From Omnitrophica WOR_2 bacterium RIFOXYA2_FULL_38_17 (GTDB lineage: Bacteria; Omnitrophota; Gorgyraeia; Zapsychrales; Zapsychraceae), in the NCBI GenBank assembly GCA_001805965.1, contig MHHG01000073.1, positions 18,080 to 82,079 of the forward strand: a DNA stretch of 64,000 bases. The letters run 5' to 3'. Of the stretch, positions 1-10,352 are shown piece after piece. The position numbers and the translations under genes were made by a program. Position 1 is the stretch's first letter; every line of letters begins with the position of its first letter. A model generated the notes under the pieces. The model ran no database searches. It saw only the letters and a list, made by a program, of their open reading frames with translations, and was not told the origin of the DNA.

Positions 1-1536
1 GTCAAGCTGTCCCTCTAACCTATAAATTGAGCCCCTGTTATTGTACGCCTTTGCATTCTTACTATCTAATTCTATTGCTTTATTATAGTTCCTTAAAGCC
101 TGCTCATACATCCCTGTTCTTGCATAAATATTACCTCTATTATTATATGAATCAGCATTAACAGGGTTTAGCCTTAAGGACTCATTAAATGACAACAAAG
201 CCAGCTCATTTTTCTGCAAAATAGAATATTCACTTCCAAGATTATAGTGCACCCTCCATTTTTTAGGGGATTTTTTCGCAATGTCCTCCCAAAGAGACAA
301 CTCGCTGCCCCAAACAATATTCCTTTGATAAGTGAGCTTTGAATATACTATTGTTAGAATGCACAAGATCGCGATAGCGTTTCTCGGCTCTTTGATAGAC
401 CTAAAAAGCATTGTTACAATAACAATGCAAAAGCCCACAGATATCAAATACAATTTGTGCTCAAAGATCACATCAGATCTCGGGATAAAATTCGGCAAAA
501 ATGTTACAATGACCCAAAATATTCCAAAAGAGACCAAACGATCTTTATATCTATAAAATATCCCAAAGCCAAAAAGCATGATAAACGCTAAAAAGCTAAA
601 GAATGCTGCCGGCTCAAAAATGCTTTTTGACAAAGCAAAGTCATAATCCACATTTTGATTTACAGGAATAAACAGAAGCCTTATAAAAGTCATGACAACC
701 CTGAATTGCGTCACAAAATACCTGGCAAATGTTATCACATCGCCATTATGTGAATTTGATATTTTCTCTGAGAACAGCTGGCTCTTAATACTAAAATCGA
801 ACTGCTGAGGAATAATAAGCAAAAAACTAAAGATCAGCAAACAATAAATCCATCTATTGTTTCTTTTCATTGATAACAAGTGACCTTTTATGCTCATTTG
901 AGGATTTAACAGTATTATCTCAATAACCAGCAGCATGATCGGGATCGTTATAGCGATCTCCTTGGTAAACATTGATAACAATGCCGCCAGGCCACTTCCA
1001 ACAAACCAAACGATTTTACCCCTTGATCTAAAAGATCTTCCATACAAATACATACAAAGTGCCAGCAAATAGAACATTGTGGACAATGAAGCAAATCTCT
1101 GAGAGATATAAACAACCGCCTGCGTTTGGACTGGATGACAAACGAACAATAATGCGGTAAAAAACGAGATATTATGTTTATTCTTGACTATTCTCTCATC
1201 GTTAATACCTGGTGAATCGATCAACAATGCAACAAACCACCAAACGAGCAGAGAAGAGATAATGTGGATTACCAGATTTGTAACATGATATCCAAAAACA
1301 TCAAGCTTATTAAAGTGATAATTTAAAGCAAAAGTATAGAAAGCCACAAATCTTGAATGCTGCGGCAAAACGCCCTTCCAGATAGCTCCAATATCCCCAA
1401 TATCCCTTATTGTTTGATTCTCAACAATAAAGGGAAGGTCATCAAAATGAAATGGCCCGTTGAAAGAGTTTGAATACGATATGACCGCAACAAGGCATAT
1501 CGCAATTATTAAGCTAATTCTTTTTATTATAAACAT
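1..1536 (-). CDS. TMTC-like GT-C membrane protein with TPR repeats (putative protein O-mannosyltransferase); partial, runs off the window's left edge
   Basis: Not in the ORF track because it is truncated. Manual translation from ATG 1536 gives MFIIKRISLIIAICLVAVISYSNSFNGPFHFDD...HPVQTQAVVYISQRFAS...FTKEIAITIP, closely paralogous to 1556-3529. Confidence 0.85.
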   Translation of the reverse strand, partial: MFIIKRISLIIAICLVAVISYSNSFNGPFHFDDLPFIVENQTIRDIGDIGAIWKGVLPQHSRFVAFYTFALNYHFNKLDVFGYHVTNLVIHIISSLLVWWFVALLIDSPGINDERIVKNKHNISFFTALLFVCHPVQTQAVVYISQRFASLSTMFYLLALCMYLYGRSFRSRGKIVWFVGSGLAALLSMFTKEIAITIPIMLLVIEIILLNPQMSIKGHLLSMKRNNRWIYCLLIFSFLLIIPQQFDFSIKSQLFSEKISNSHNGDVITFARYFVTQFRVVMTFIRLLFIPVNQNVDYDFALSKSIFEPAAFFSFLAFIMLFGFGIFYRYKDRLVSFGIFWVIVTFLPNFIPRSDVIFEHKLYLISVGFCIVIVTMLFRSIKEPRNAIAILCILTIVYSKLTYQRNIVWGSELSLWEDIAKKSPKKWRVHYNLGSEYSILQKNELALLSFNESLRLNPVNADSYNNRGNIYARTGMYEQALRNYNKAIELDSKNAKAYNNRGSIYRLEGQLD

Positions 1537-1555
1537 TTTCTGCAATAGGAATATT

Positions 1556-3529
1556 TTATTCTGGCCCAAGAACATTGTTTCTTAATTCTTCAATATATTC
1601 ATCACTTATTGGCTGGCCTAACTCTTTTGCTTTAATAGCATCATCCAGAGCTTCTTTGTACTGGTTCTTTACTCTATATATATAGGACCGGTTGTAGTAA
1701 GATTTTGCACGTTTTGGCTCTAGATTTATGACCTTGTTTAAATCCTTTAAAGCAAGGTCATACTGTTTTATTGCGATATAAACAGCCCCCCTATTATTGT
1801 AAGCTCGCAAAAAGCCTGGATTAAGCTCCAAAACCTTATTGTAATCCAGAACAGCGAGGTCATATTCGCTTTTAAAGCTATACACATTACCTCTATTGTT
1901 ATAAGCCAATGTGTAATTGTCTTGCAATTCAATAGCCTTTGAATAATCCTGTATCGCAAGGTCATATTTTTTTTCATCCCTGTACACATTGGCTCTATTA
2001 TAATAAGCTCTTGCAAAGCCTGGATTAAGCTCTATCGCCTTATTAAAGTCATTTAAGGCTAAGTCATTTTTATTCCATTGATGATAAACAGTCCCCCTGT
2101 TATCATAGCTCCTTACAAAAGCAGGATTATACTTAATAACCTTATTAAAATACTGAAAGGCAAGATCAAATTTCTTTTGCTTTAAAAGGGCAAATCCCAG
2201 GTTGTTAAGAGCGCGTGATTTAAATGGTGATTTTTTTGCCGCATCAGTCCAAAGCGAGACCTCACTCCTCCAAATTTGATTCCGCTGATAAGTTAATACC
2301 GAATATATGAAAATAATAATACACAGCAATATGATCCCATTTCGCTTAGATCGAAATTTTTTAAATACAATTGTTGCAGCAAGAAAACAAAATCCAAAAG
2401 ATATCAAATAAAGCTTATGTTCAAATATCACATCTGACCTAGGCACAAAATTCGGCAAGAACGTGGCATAAAACCAAAGGATCCCAAAAGAAGCCAAAAC
2501 ATTCTTTTTCCTTAACATTATCCCTGCTAAGAACATTAAAGAAAAAGCCATGAAGCTCAGCATTGTTTCTGGGTCCAATAAAGACTTTGATAATGCAAAA
2601 TCATAGTCAACATTCTGGCTAACTGGCACAAAAAGCAATTTAATAAATGTAACAGAAACCCTGAACTGGGTTAATACATATCTACCAAACGTTATTATGT
2701 CTCCATCATGCGAATTAGATTGTTTTGGTGAGAATAATTGATCCACTACAGTAAAATGAAACAGCTTAGGAATGATCAAAAAGAACGCGAGAAATATTAG
2801 CAGATAAAGCCATCTTTTGCCGCTCTTAAGATATATGAAGAAGTTTTCGTTTTTACTTCTTGAACCAAAAAACAATACTTCAATAAGCACTATTGTTATA
2901 GGTATTGTAATAGTGATCTCTTTGGTAAACATACCCATCAAAGCCGCAAGACCGCTAGCAATAAAATATCCCAGCCTTGCTTTTGTATTTTCACCAATTA
3001 GCCGGGCCTTTAAATAAAGAACAACTGACAACAAATAAAACAGTGTTGCAAGGGATGCAAACCGTTGTGTTATATAGACTACCGCCTGGGTTTGTACAGG
3101 ATGAGAAACAAAAAGCAAAGCTGCAAAAAACGCGATCAAATCTTTATTTTTAAATACTTTATCATCTTTAACCAAAGGGGCAGAAATTAGAAGCAATGCC
3201 ATCCTCCAAACCAACAATGAAGATACAATGTGAATTATAAGATTAGTGAGGTGATATCCAAAAACGTCCAGCTTATAAAAATGATAATTTAATGCAAATG
3301 AATAAAATGCAATAAACCTTGAACGCTCAGGCAATAAGCTCTTGAATATTTGGCCAATATCACCCAAGTTTCTTATCGTAGGATTATTTATAATAAATAT
3401 TTGATCATCAAAGTGAAAGGGGATCTTCAGGGAATTAGAATACACGATCATTCCCAGGATACATATTGCTAAGGCCGGAAGGATCTTTTGGATTATTCTG
3501 ATAGGATTTAAATTCTTAATATTTTTCAA
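1556..3529 (-). CDS. TMTC-like (DUF1736-type) GT-C membrane protein with C-terminal TPR array
   Basis: FHFDD motif after the first TM helix, HPVQTQAVVY, KE, FEHKLY, RNQIW..E..LW motifs, followed by about 6 TPRs (AYNNRG...). Confidence 0.85.
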   Translation of the reverse strand: MKNIKNLNPIRIIQKILPALAICILGMIVYSNSLKIPFHFDDQIFIINNPTIRNLGDIGQIFKSLLPERSRFIAFYSFALNYHFYKLDVFGYHLTNLIIHIVSSLLVWRMALLLISAPLVKDDKVFKNKDLIAFFAALLFVSHPVQTQAVVYITQRFASLATLFYLLSVVLYLKARLIGENTKARLGYFIASGLAALMGMFTKEITITIPITIVLIEVLFFGSRSKNENFFIYLKSGKRWLYLLIFLAFFLIIPKLFHFTVVDQLFSPKQSNSHDGDIITFGRYVLTQFRVSVTFIKLLFVPVSQNVDYDFALSKSLLDPETMLSFMAFSLMFLAGIMLRKKNVLASFGILWFYATFLPNFVPRSDVIFEHKLYLISFGFCFLAATIVFKKFRSKRNGIILLCIIIFIYSVLTYQRNQIWRSEVSLWTDAAKKSPFKSRALNNLGFALLKQKKFDLAFQYFNKVIKYNPAFVRSYDNRGTVYHQWNKNDLALNDFNKAIELNPGFARAYYNRANVYRDEKKYDLAIQDYSKAIELQDNYTLAYNNRGNVYSFKSEYDLAVLDYNKVLELNPGFLRAYNNRGAVYIAIKQYDLALKDLNKVINLEPKRAKSYYNRSYIYRVKNQYKEALDDAIKAKELGQPISDEYIEELRNNVLGPE

Positions 3530-3612
3530 GATTAGAGGAAAAGCACTAATAACATAAAATAACTATAGAGCATTAAAAAAACTTTTGAATTTTAATTCTT
3601 ATTACTATAATA

Positions 3613-4119
3613 CTATTTCTCTAAATAAGTTTTCATTTCATCCCAGGTCTTTTTACCTATAATTCCATCGGCAACAAGCCCGTGGTCTTTTTGAAATTCC
3701 ATAATTGCACTTTTTGTCTTGCTTCCAAGCTTTCCATCTATTGAGCCACTATAATATCCAGCTTTTAATAAAGCTTCTTGGATAGTGTTTACCTTAACTG
3801 AAACCCTTATTATCCCGTTTTCCTTTGGAATTACTTTAGTTTTAGCGACCGGCTTCTTGACAGTTGGTTCATCTATCTTTATGTCTTCAAAATCATCACT
3901 GGTCTCATCATCCTGCATCGGATCATATCCTTCAACTAACTTAGATATCTCCTTTACTTCATACTTAAGCTTCTCAAGCTCTTGCTCTTTCTTATTCATC
4001 CTATTCTCGATCTGCGCAACCTTGACCTGCAGATTACTAACTGTTGATGCATCCTTTGTGGTCGAACATCCGATGAAGACAATTATGATCAATCCCAAAA
4101 TAAAATTTTTAACGCTCAT
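3613..4119 (-). CDS. Lipoprotein with coiled coil and C-terminal peptidoglycan-binding (PGBD-like) domain
   Basis: Lipobox FIGC; IQEALLKAGYYSGSIDGKLGSKTKSAIMEFQKDHGLVADGIIGKKT matches PG_binding_1. Confidence 0.85.
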   Translation of the reverse strand: MSVKNFILGLIIIVFIGCSTTKDASTVSNLQVKVAQIENRMNKKEQELEKLKYEVKEISKLVEGYDPMQDDETSDDFEDIKIDEPTVKKPVAKTKVIPKENGIIRVSVKVNTIQEALLKAGYYSGSIDGKLGSKTKSAIMEFQKDHGLVADGIIGKKTWDEMKTYLEK

Positions 4120-4127
4120 AACTCCTC

Positions 4128-4844
4128 CTATTTTAAATTATCAATTTTCATAAGGTCTATTCCGATCTCTCCTGAAAATTTAGGGTATCTTTGATTAAAC
4201 ATCTGAAAAGCCTCTTCTCGCTGATCAATGATCTCTGGGACATATTCAAATCCCGGCTGAATAACAGGAACGCCGCCGATCTTAATCTTGTCTTTAGTCC
4301 CAACTATTTTAAGGGTACCGACATATGTTATTGCATTGTTTTTTACATTGAGCGAGATATCAATGTTCTCTGTAGCGATTGTAGAACCTACTGGGATCGA
4401 GATCGTAGAGATCTTATATTCTCCTACTGGCAATTCAACAAAGAAATATCCGGGCTCTACTGTCTTAATATCCCAAGGAAAAACGTTTTCTGGCGTCTTT
4501 TCACCAATTAATAATTGAAAATTATTAGACAAATTCCCCTGTTCCTGAAAAAGGAACTTAACATAACTTTTTTTAAGAACCCCCTGAAAATCAGTTTTAG
4601 CAAAAATTATGCCCTTTTTTAAACTATATTGATCGAGCTCATCTTCATTAACATTCTGAAGCACGGGTGATACATCTTTTGTCTCTTGCGTAATTTCAAC
4701 TGAATCAACTGTGGGCTCAACAGCAATTGTTACTATAGGCTCCAGCTCGGAAGAAACTTCTTTAACGGCAGAAACAGTAGAACAACCATTAAGAACGAGG
4801 GCTAAAATTAAAACTATAAAAGCAGATATATTTAAATTTTTCAT
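4128..4844 (-). CDS. Hypothetical lipoprotein
   Basis: 238-aa ORF with lipobox LNGC and a beta-rich body (PGYFFVELPVGEYKI..., ITYVGTL). Confidence 0.7.
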   Translation of the reverse strand: MKNLNISAFIVLILALVLNGCSTVSAVKEVSSELEPIVTIAVEPTVDSVEITQETKDVSPVLQNVNEDELDQYSLKKGIIFAKTDFQGVLKKSYVKFLFQEQGNLSNNFQLLIGEKTPENVFPWDIKTVEPGYFFVELPVGEYKISTISIPVGSTIATENIDISLNVKNNAITYVGTLKIVGTKDKIKIGGVPVIQPGFEYVPEIIDQREEAFQMFNQRYPKFSGEIGIDLMKIDNLK

Positions 4845-4960
4845 TGGTTGGAATTAATAAAATTAATAATATTATTAAGTTTGGTTATGTAGTCTATCAT
4901 AAATTTTTCAAGACAAACACTATTTTTTATTCAAAAACAGTATTTACAAGGATATATAAT

Positions 4961-5001
4961 AAAAAAATAGCGCAAGGAAAAAAAACCTTACGCTACTTTT
5001 T
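4961..5001 (-). terminator. Intrinsic terminator hairpin (possibly bidirectional)
   Basis: tagcgcaagg...ccttacgcta stem flanked by A and T runs, just downstream of the 5025 stop. Confidence 0.6.
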
Positions 5002-5024
5002 CACTTGTGTAAAACACAAGTTTA

Positions 5025-5384
5025 TCAAGTCAGAATTTCTGACTTTTTGGGGGAGAAAATCTTATTCTTCCATTTTATATGGATAATCAATGAATGCTTA
5101 AAATCAACCCTGAACAAAACTCTATCGTGTGTGACGTAGAAGCAGCCTTCTACCTTAAACTTTAATTTCTCGATGCTTTTTTCCGAATCAAAACACTTCT
5201 TAATATAAACCTGTGGCTGCTCAATTACGGGAGCTATTTTAGCTGTATGCGAAACATTATACAAAAAACTCTTATGAACACGAGTTACACATTGTTTATC
5301 CTCATTTTTCTGAGTGATAGAAAATGTTTTAATATGATTGTTTCTGTCAGTTTTTTTCTTAAACTGTAAAATTCTCATTACCAT
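5025..5384 (-). CDS. Hypothetical basic protein (start uncertain; ORF extends to 5432)
   Basis: Co-oriented ORF; an AGGA-like RBS lies before the MVMRILQF start; no recognised domain. Confidence 0.5.
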   Translation of the reverse strand: MVMRILQFKKKTDRNNHIKTFSITQKNEDKQCVTRVHKSFLYNVSHTAKIAPVIEQPQVYIKKCFDSEKSIEKLKFKVEGCFYVTHDRVLFRVDFKHSLIIHIKWKNKIFSPKKSEILT

Positions 5385-5562
5385 CCTTCCAATTATTGTT
5401 CCAATGAAAGTATAACATCCATTGTTATACAAACAAGGGCACCATGGATGATAAAAGAAACCGTTTTCTTTGGATTTATTGACGAGAAAATCAAGATATA
5501 AGTTTATTGGTTTTTAAGAATAGGACTAACTACTAATAGATATAATAATAAAGATGCTTAGA

Positions 5563-6183
5563 TTATTTTTTATGGAATGGGAGCTTGACTTTTGGCTCTT
5601 TGCCAGCAAGAAGTCTTTTTATGTTGGGACGATGTCTTAGTGTAACAAAAATGCAGAAAACCACACCAAGACAGATAATTTCAAAAGATTGTCCTGAAAA
5701 AACCATGATTACGGGCAGAAAAGTGCCTGCTATTATTGAGCTTAGAGAAACAATGCCGGTAATAGCGAAAGAAACAAGCCAGGATAAAACAGTCAAAATA
5801 AGTACGATCCTTATTGAAGCAATTTTAATAGTAAGGCCGATCAGTACACCTAAACTTGTCGCTATACCCTTACCACCCTTGAAGTTAAGAAATATTGTCC
5901 AATTATGCCCGCATACCGCGCATACTGCAAATAAGATGCGCTCAATAACTTGTGTTGAGCCTAAAACATCAGCAACAATAACAACAGGCAAAACACCTTT
6001 CAAAATATCTATGACTAGAACTATAATGCCCGGGATTTTGCCTAAAACACGAAACACATTTGTAGCACCAGCATTACCTGATCCATGCTCTCTGATATCT
6101 ATACCTTTGTAAAGTTTTCCATATATATATGCAGTAGGTATAGACCCGATAAAATAAGATATTATAATACCAAGAATTATCAT
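5563..6183 (-). CDS. plsY: Glycerol-3-phosphate 1-O-acyltransferase PlsY
   Basis: GSIP, GSGNAGATNVFR, GHNW, FKGGKG and HRPNIKRL motifs. Confidence 0.95.
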   Translation of the reverse strand: MIILGIIISYFIGSIPTAYIYGKLYKGIDIREHGSGNAGATNVFRVLGKIPGIIVLVIDILKGVLPVVIVADVLGSTQVIERILFAVCAVCGHNWTIFLNFKGGKGIATSLGVLIGLTIKIASIRIVLILTVLSWLVSFAITGIVSLSSIIAGTFLPVIMVFSGQSFEIICLGVVFCIFVTLRHRPNIKRLLAGKEPKVKLPFHKK

Positions 6184-6188
6184 AAATA

Positions 6189-6743
6189 TTAGCTTTCGTT
6201 ATTTATAATTTCGATTCCCTTAATTGTATAACCAATAAGAGATATCAAAGTTAAGATCAAAGTAACAATCCAAATATACAAACCAAACTCCCAATGCAAA
6301 AATACACTAAAAACCGATGTGATCTGAAAAAATGCTGTTGCCCTTCCCCATTTTGTTGGCTCTACGCTAAATATCCCCCGTACTAAAAATATTATCATTG
6401 CCCCTAATAACAAGATAATATCCCTGCTGATCACAGCTACTACAAACCATATTGGGAGCTTCAAAGATGAAGAAGCTATTTCTGGTTTAAAATACAAGCA
6501 AGTAAAAGCACTGATCAATAACAACTTATCCGCCAATGGATCGAGAATTGCGCCAGCAGTTGTTTTCTGATTTCTTGTTCTTGCGATGTACCCATCTATT
6601 ACATCTGAAATAACAGCAAATAAAAACAATCCTAAAGCAACCCATCTTAAAAGCTCAAATTCTGGAGAATAGTATAAAACAGTAGCAATAAAGAACGGGA
6701 CAACAATTATACGGCAAATAGTGATCTTGTTTGCAAATGTCAT
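6189..6743 (-). CDS. pgsA: CDP-alcohol phosphatidyltransferase (PgsA-like)
   Basis: ANKITICR and SDVIDGYIAR...GAILDPLADK motif; likely start MTFANK at 6743. Confidence 0.8.
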   Translation of the reverse strand: MTFANKITICRIIVVPFFIATVLYYSPEFELLRWVALGLFLFAVISDVIDGYIARTRNQKTTAGAILDPLADKLLLISAFTCLYFKPEIASSSLKLPIWFVVAVISRDIILLLGAMIIFLVRGIFSVEPTKWGRATAFFQITSVFSVFLHWEFGLYIWIVTLILTLISLIGYTIKGIEIINNES

Positions 6744-6829
6744 ATTCGACAAAGAAGAGAAAACATATTCAAATGAAAAGACATTATTGTCCCCGACCTT
6801 CATATATTTCTCCCAAAAAATAAAATATA

Positions 6830-7180
6830 TTACTCAACCCACTTCAGCTCTACGTTATGCACTGGACAAATGCTTAGACTAGCAGCATATCGTTTTCCTG
6901 TCACCGGGCAATACTTGACCCTTAACTGTTTATTACTGATTGAATCGGCAACAACATTGATCGCTGATCGGGCCTCTTCATCATTCTTTATATCTTTTAC
7001 CAAATTGCGCAGGTCCTTTTCGCTCAATTCCTTATCGCTAACCGCACCAACAACCGCCAAAAGCGCTGATTCCTGATCATCCCTGCTTTCATGGGCTGTT
7101 TGTCCTAATGAAGTATCCTGCTTAATTGTTTGACACCCACAAAGAAAAACAGCAATTAAAATTAAAAATAATCTGTTCAT
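6830..7180 (-). CDS. Small lipoprotein with C-terminal Cys/His metal-binding-like motif
   Basis: MNRLFLILIAVFLCGC lipobox; YCPVTGKRY...ICPVHNVEL at the C-terminus. Confidence 0.7.
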   Translation of the reverse strand: MNRLFLILIAVFLCGCQTIKQDTSLGQTAHESRDDQESALLAVVGAVSDKELSEKDLRNLVKDIKNDEEARSAINVVADSISNKQLRVKYCPVTGKRYAASLSICPVHNVELKWVE

Positions 7181-7265
7181 AAGGCAATTATGATTTTTCC
7201 AAAAACAAATATTAAGTCCTGCACAAGACCGGCCCAACAAAAAATTTATTGATTTCTAGGTCTAA

Positions 7266-7877
7266 TTACTTTATCAGCCTCATCCGGTTAAAAGGCCAAT
7301 AAATGAATTCTGCCTTTCCTATTATATTTTCCATCGGTACAAACCCCCAATAGCGGCTGTCATGGCTTGATTGGCTATTATCACCAAGAACAAACACCTG
7401 ACCTGATGGGATTTCTATGATTTGCCCAGGTTTTCCATATTGAGAATTTTCACGGTTGTAATAATATCTGTTTTTAATCAGCGGATCATCTATCATTTTG
7501 CCGTTTATATAGATATCACCCTCGCTTATCTCGAGCATTTCCCGAGGCAGGCCAATTACCCTTTTGATAAAATCCCTTTTTTTATCTTGAGGATACACAA
7601 ACACAATAACATCCCCTCTTTTAATTTTAGAAAAACCCGGAAGCCTGATTTTTGTAAATGGTATCAACGGCCCATAGCGCAACTTATTGACCATCAGCCG
7701 GTCTCTCTCTATCAATGTTGGCCTCATTGAACCGCTCGGAATCTTAAAAGCCTGGATAAAAAACGCCCGGATGAATATTGCAAGTATAAGCGCAATTATG
7801 ATCGATTCCGTCCACTCTCGGATTTCTGATTTTATTGCATTCCCGTTCTCAGGATTGTTATCAATTTTTTTTGCCAT
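7266..7877 (-). CDS. lepB: Signal peptidase I
   Basis: IPSGSM, DFIKRVIGLP and GDNS.SSHDSRYWG motifs; adjacent to lepA. Confidence 0.95.
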   Translation of the reverse strand: MAKKIDNNPENGNAIKSEIREWTESIIIALILAIFIRAFFIQAFKIPSGSMRPTLIERDRLMVNKLRYGPLIPFTKIRLPGFSKIKRGDVIVFVYPQDKKRDFIKRVIGLPREMLEISEGDIYINGKMIDDPLIKNRYYYNRENSQYGKPGQIIEIPSGQVFVLGDNSQSSHDSRYWGFVPMENIIGKAEFIYWPFNRMRLIK

Positions 7878-7878
7878 A

Positions 7879-9669
7879 TTAAATCTTTAAAGCTGCCATA
7901 AATGCTTCTTGCGGGATCTCAACATTCCCTATCTGCTTAAGCCGCTTTTTACCTTCCTTTTGTTTCTCCCAAAGTTTACGTTTTCTTGTTATATCTCCTC
8001 CATAACATTTAGCGGTAACATTTTTACCTGCTGCTTTGACTTTCGCGCTGGAAATAATCCTGCCATCGCATACTGCCTGGATCTTAACTTCAAAAAGCTG
8101 TTGAGGGATCAGATCCTTAAGCTTTGTAACAAGGCTTAATCCTTTTTGATAAGCATGCTCTTTATGTATAAGGCAGGAAAACGCCTCACAGTCTTTGTCA
8201 TTGATCAATATATCAAGCTTTGAGACAGTGGCAGGATAATAACCTTTGAACTTATAATCAATCGAGCCATAGCCTCGAGTAACTGATTTTATCATATCAT
8301 TGAAATCAACTATGACTTCTGAGAGGGGAATATCAAATATTATTTTCATTCGATCAGAAACATACTCACTGCTAACAAAATTACCACGCTTTCTTTTAGC
8401 CATATCCATTACTTTGTCCATGTGCTCAACGGGAGAAAAAATCGAAACAGTCAAAAAAGGCTCTTCAATACTTGAAATTAACGAGCTATCAGGCAGCTCA
8501 ACAGGGCTTTCCAGGTCTTTTACATTGCCATCCTTAAGGTTAATTTTATAGCGGACATTCGGAGTTGTTAAAATAAGATTGAGGTCATATTCCCTTTGTA
8601 ATCGTTCTTGAACAATGTCCATATGAAGAAGCCCAAGAAAGCCACAACGAAAACCGTTACCAAAAGAAACTGAACTTTCATTTTCATAGACCAAGCTAGG
8701 GTCACTCAATCTAAGCTTCTCAATTGCTTCACGAAGCACCATGAAATCTTTAGTGTTAACAGGATAGACTCCGCAAAAAACCAGTGGATTCAAATATCTA
8801 TAACCTTTTAAAGGCTTATCAACAGGGTTGTTTGCATCAGTAACAGTATCTCCTACTCTGACAAGTTTCGTATCGTGAATGCTGCAAGTCAGGTAGCCAA
8901 CCTCACCAGCAGAAAGCTGTTTAACTTTTGTAGCCTCCGGCTTGAAAACTCCCAGCTCTTCGACAGAGTGTTCCCTGTCCATATGCATCATTTTGATCCT
9001 CATATCCGGTTTCAACACGCCATCAACAACCCTCACATAAACAATAATACCTTTATAGATATCATACTTCATATCAAAGATCAGTGCTTTAAGTGGCTTT
9101 TCTGGATCACCATCTGGAGGAGGGATGAACTCGACGATCTTTTCTAAAAGCTTATCTACGCCGGTCCCCTCTTTAGCGGAAACAAGCTGGATATGCTCAT
9201 CATCAAAGCCAAGCATTTCCATTAGCTGTAATTGGGCATGTTCTATGTCCACACTTGCAACATCTATCTTATTTAAGACCGGAAGTATCTCTAAATTGTT
9301 ATCGATAGCAAGATAAAAGTTTGCCACTGTCTGAGATTCTACTCCCTGAGTAGCATCAACGACAAGTAATGCGCCTTCACCTGCTCTCAATGATTTTTCA
9401 ACTTCATAAGTAAAGTCAACATGCCCGGGAGTATCGATCAAATTAAAGGTATATGTCTTCTTGTCCTTTGCCTTATATTTGATAGTAACCGCTGAAGCCT
9501 TTATTGTTATGCCTCTTTCCCTCTCAAGGTCCATATCATCCAGCAACTGGTTCTTGAATTTCCTTTCATCAATAGCTCCGGTAGAGAGCAATAACCTGTC
9601 AGCCAAAGTAGACTTACCATGGTCAATATGTGCAATGATCGAGAAATTTCTTATTAATGCTTGGTCCAT
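7879..9669 (-). CDS. lepA: Elongation factor 4 (LepA)
   Basis: IRNFSIIAHIDHGKSTLADR, DTPGHVDF and KCYGGDITRKRKL. Confidence 0.98.
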   Translation of the reverse strand: MDQALIRNFSIIAHIDHGKSTLADRLLLSTGAIDERKFKNQLLDDMDLERERGITIKASAVTIKYKAKDKKTYTFNLIDTPGHVDFTYEVEKSLRAGEGALLVVDATQGVESQTVANFYLAIDNNLEILPVLNKIDVASVDIEHAQLQLMEMLGFDDEHIQLVSAKEGTGVDKLLEKIVEFIPPPDGDPEKPLKALIFDMKYDIYKGIIVYVRVVDGVLKPDMRIKMMHMDREHSVEELGVFKPEATKVKQLSAGEVGYLTCSIHDTKLVRVGDTVTDANNPVDKPLKGYRYLNPLVFCGVYPVNTKDFMVLREAIEKLRLSDPSLVYENESSVSFGNGFRCGFLGLLHMDIVQERLQREYDLNLILTTPNVRYKINLKDGNVKDLESPVELPDSSLISSIEEPFLTVSIFSPVEHMDKVMDMAKRKRGNFVSSEYVSDRMKIIFDIPLSEVIVDFNDMIKSVTRGYGSIDYKFKGYYPATVSKLDILINDKDCEAFSCLIHKEHAYQKGLSLVTKLKDLIPQQLFEVKIQAVCDGRIISSAKVKAAGKNVTAKCYGGDITRKRKLWEKQKEGKKRLKQIGNVEIPQEAFMAALKI

Positions 9670-9683
9670 TATAAATTGTATTT

Positions 9684-10352
9684 CTATATTCTATTTTTCA
9701 TTTCTTCGACAACTTCGTCAATTGTCATTTTTGTCGAATCTATTACCACTGCATCTTTAGCCTTTTTAAGCGGGCCGACTTTTCTTGTAAAATCCTTTTC
9801 ATCCCTTACCTTTACATCACTAAGGACATCCTTAAGATCAACTTCTTCCCCTTTGGCTATCAGCTCATCATATCTGCGCTTTGCTCTTTCTTCAACGTCC
9901 GCATCGAGATAATATTTTCTTGTTGCCTTCGGGAAGACAACAGTGCCGACATCTCTGCCTTCAATAACAACGCTTTTTCTCAAGCCCATTTCCCTTTGCC
10001 ACTCTACCATTATGGACCTTACTCCGGCCGCACGAGCTACATAAAAAGTGTTATTTGTGACCTCCACCGTCCTTATATCCTGGCTGACATCTTCCCCATC
10101 CAGCAGCACCTTGACACCGCTATCCAAGCTCTCTATATCAATAGTAGTCCTTTTAGCCAAAGCAATTAGATCGTCTTCGCTTTCCATATTGACATCTTCT
10201 CTCATGGCCTTAAGAGTAAGCGCGCGATACATCGCCCCAGTATCCAAATAAGACACCCCCAAAACTTTCGCCAATTTCTTTGCTATCGTACTTTTCCCTG
10301 CGCCTGCTGGGCCATCGATCGTCACTACCATTACTTGATCTTTTTTTACCAT
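9684..10352 (-). CDS. cmk: Cytidylate kinase
   Basis: IDGPAGAGKST, LDTGAMYR and EGRDVGTVVFP. Confidence 0.96.
   Translation of the reverse strand: MVKKDQVMVVTIDGPAGAGKSTIAKKLAKVLGVSYLDTGAMYRALTLKAMREDVNMESEDDLIALAKRTTIDIESLDSGVKVLLDGEDVSQDIRTVEVTNNTFYVARAAGVRSIMVEWQREMGLRKSVVIEGRDVGTVVFPKATRKYYLDADVEERAKRRYDELIAKGEEVDLKDVLSDVKVRDEKDFTRKVGPLKKAKDAVVIDSTKMTIDEVVEEMKNRI

Noticed and set aside
1640-2200. About 102-bp periodic DNA similarity (aaagcctggattaagctc etc.)
   Set aside because: Explained by the 34-aa TPR repeats of the encoded protein.
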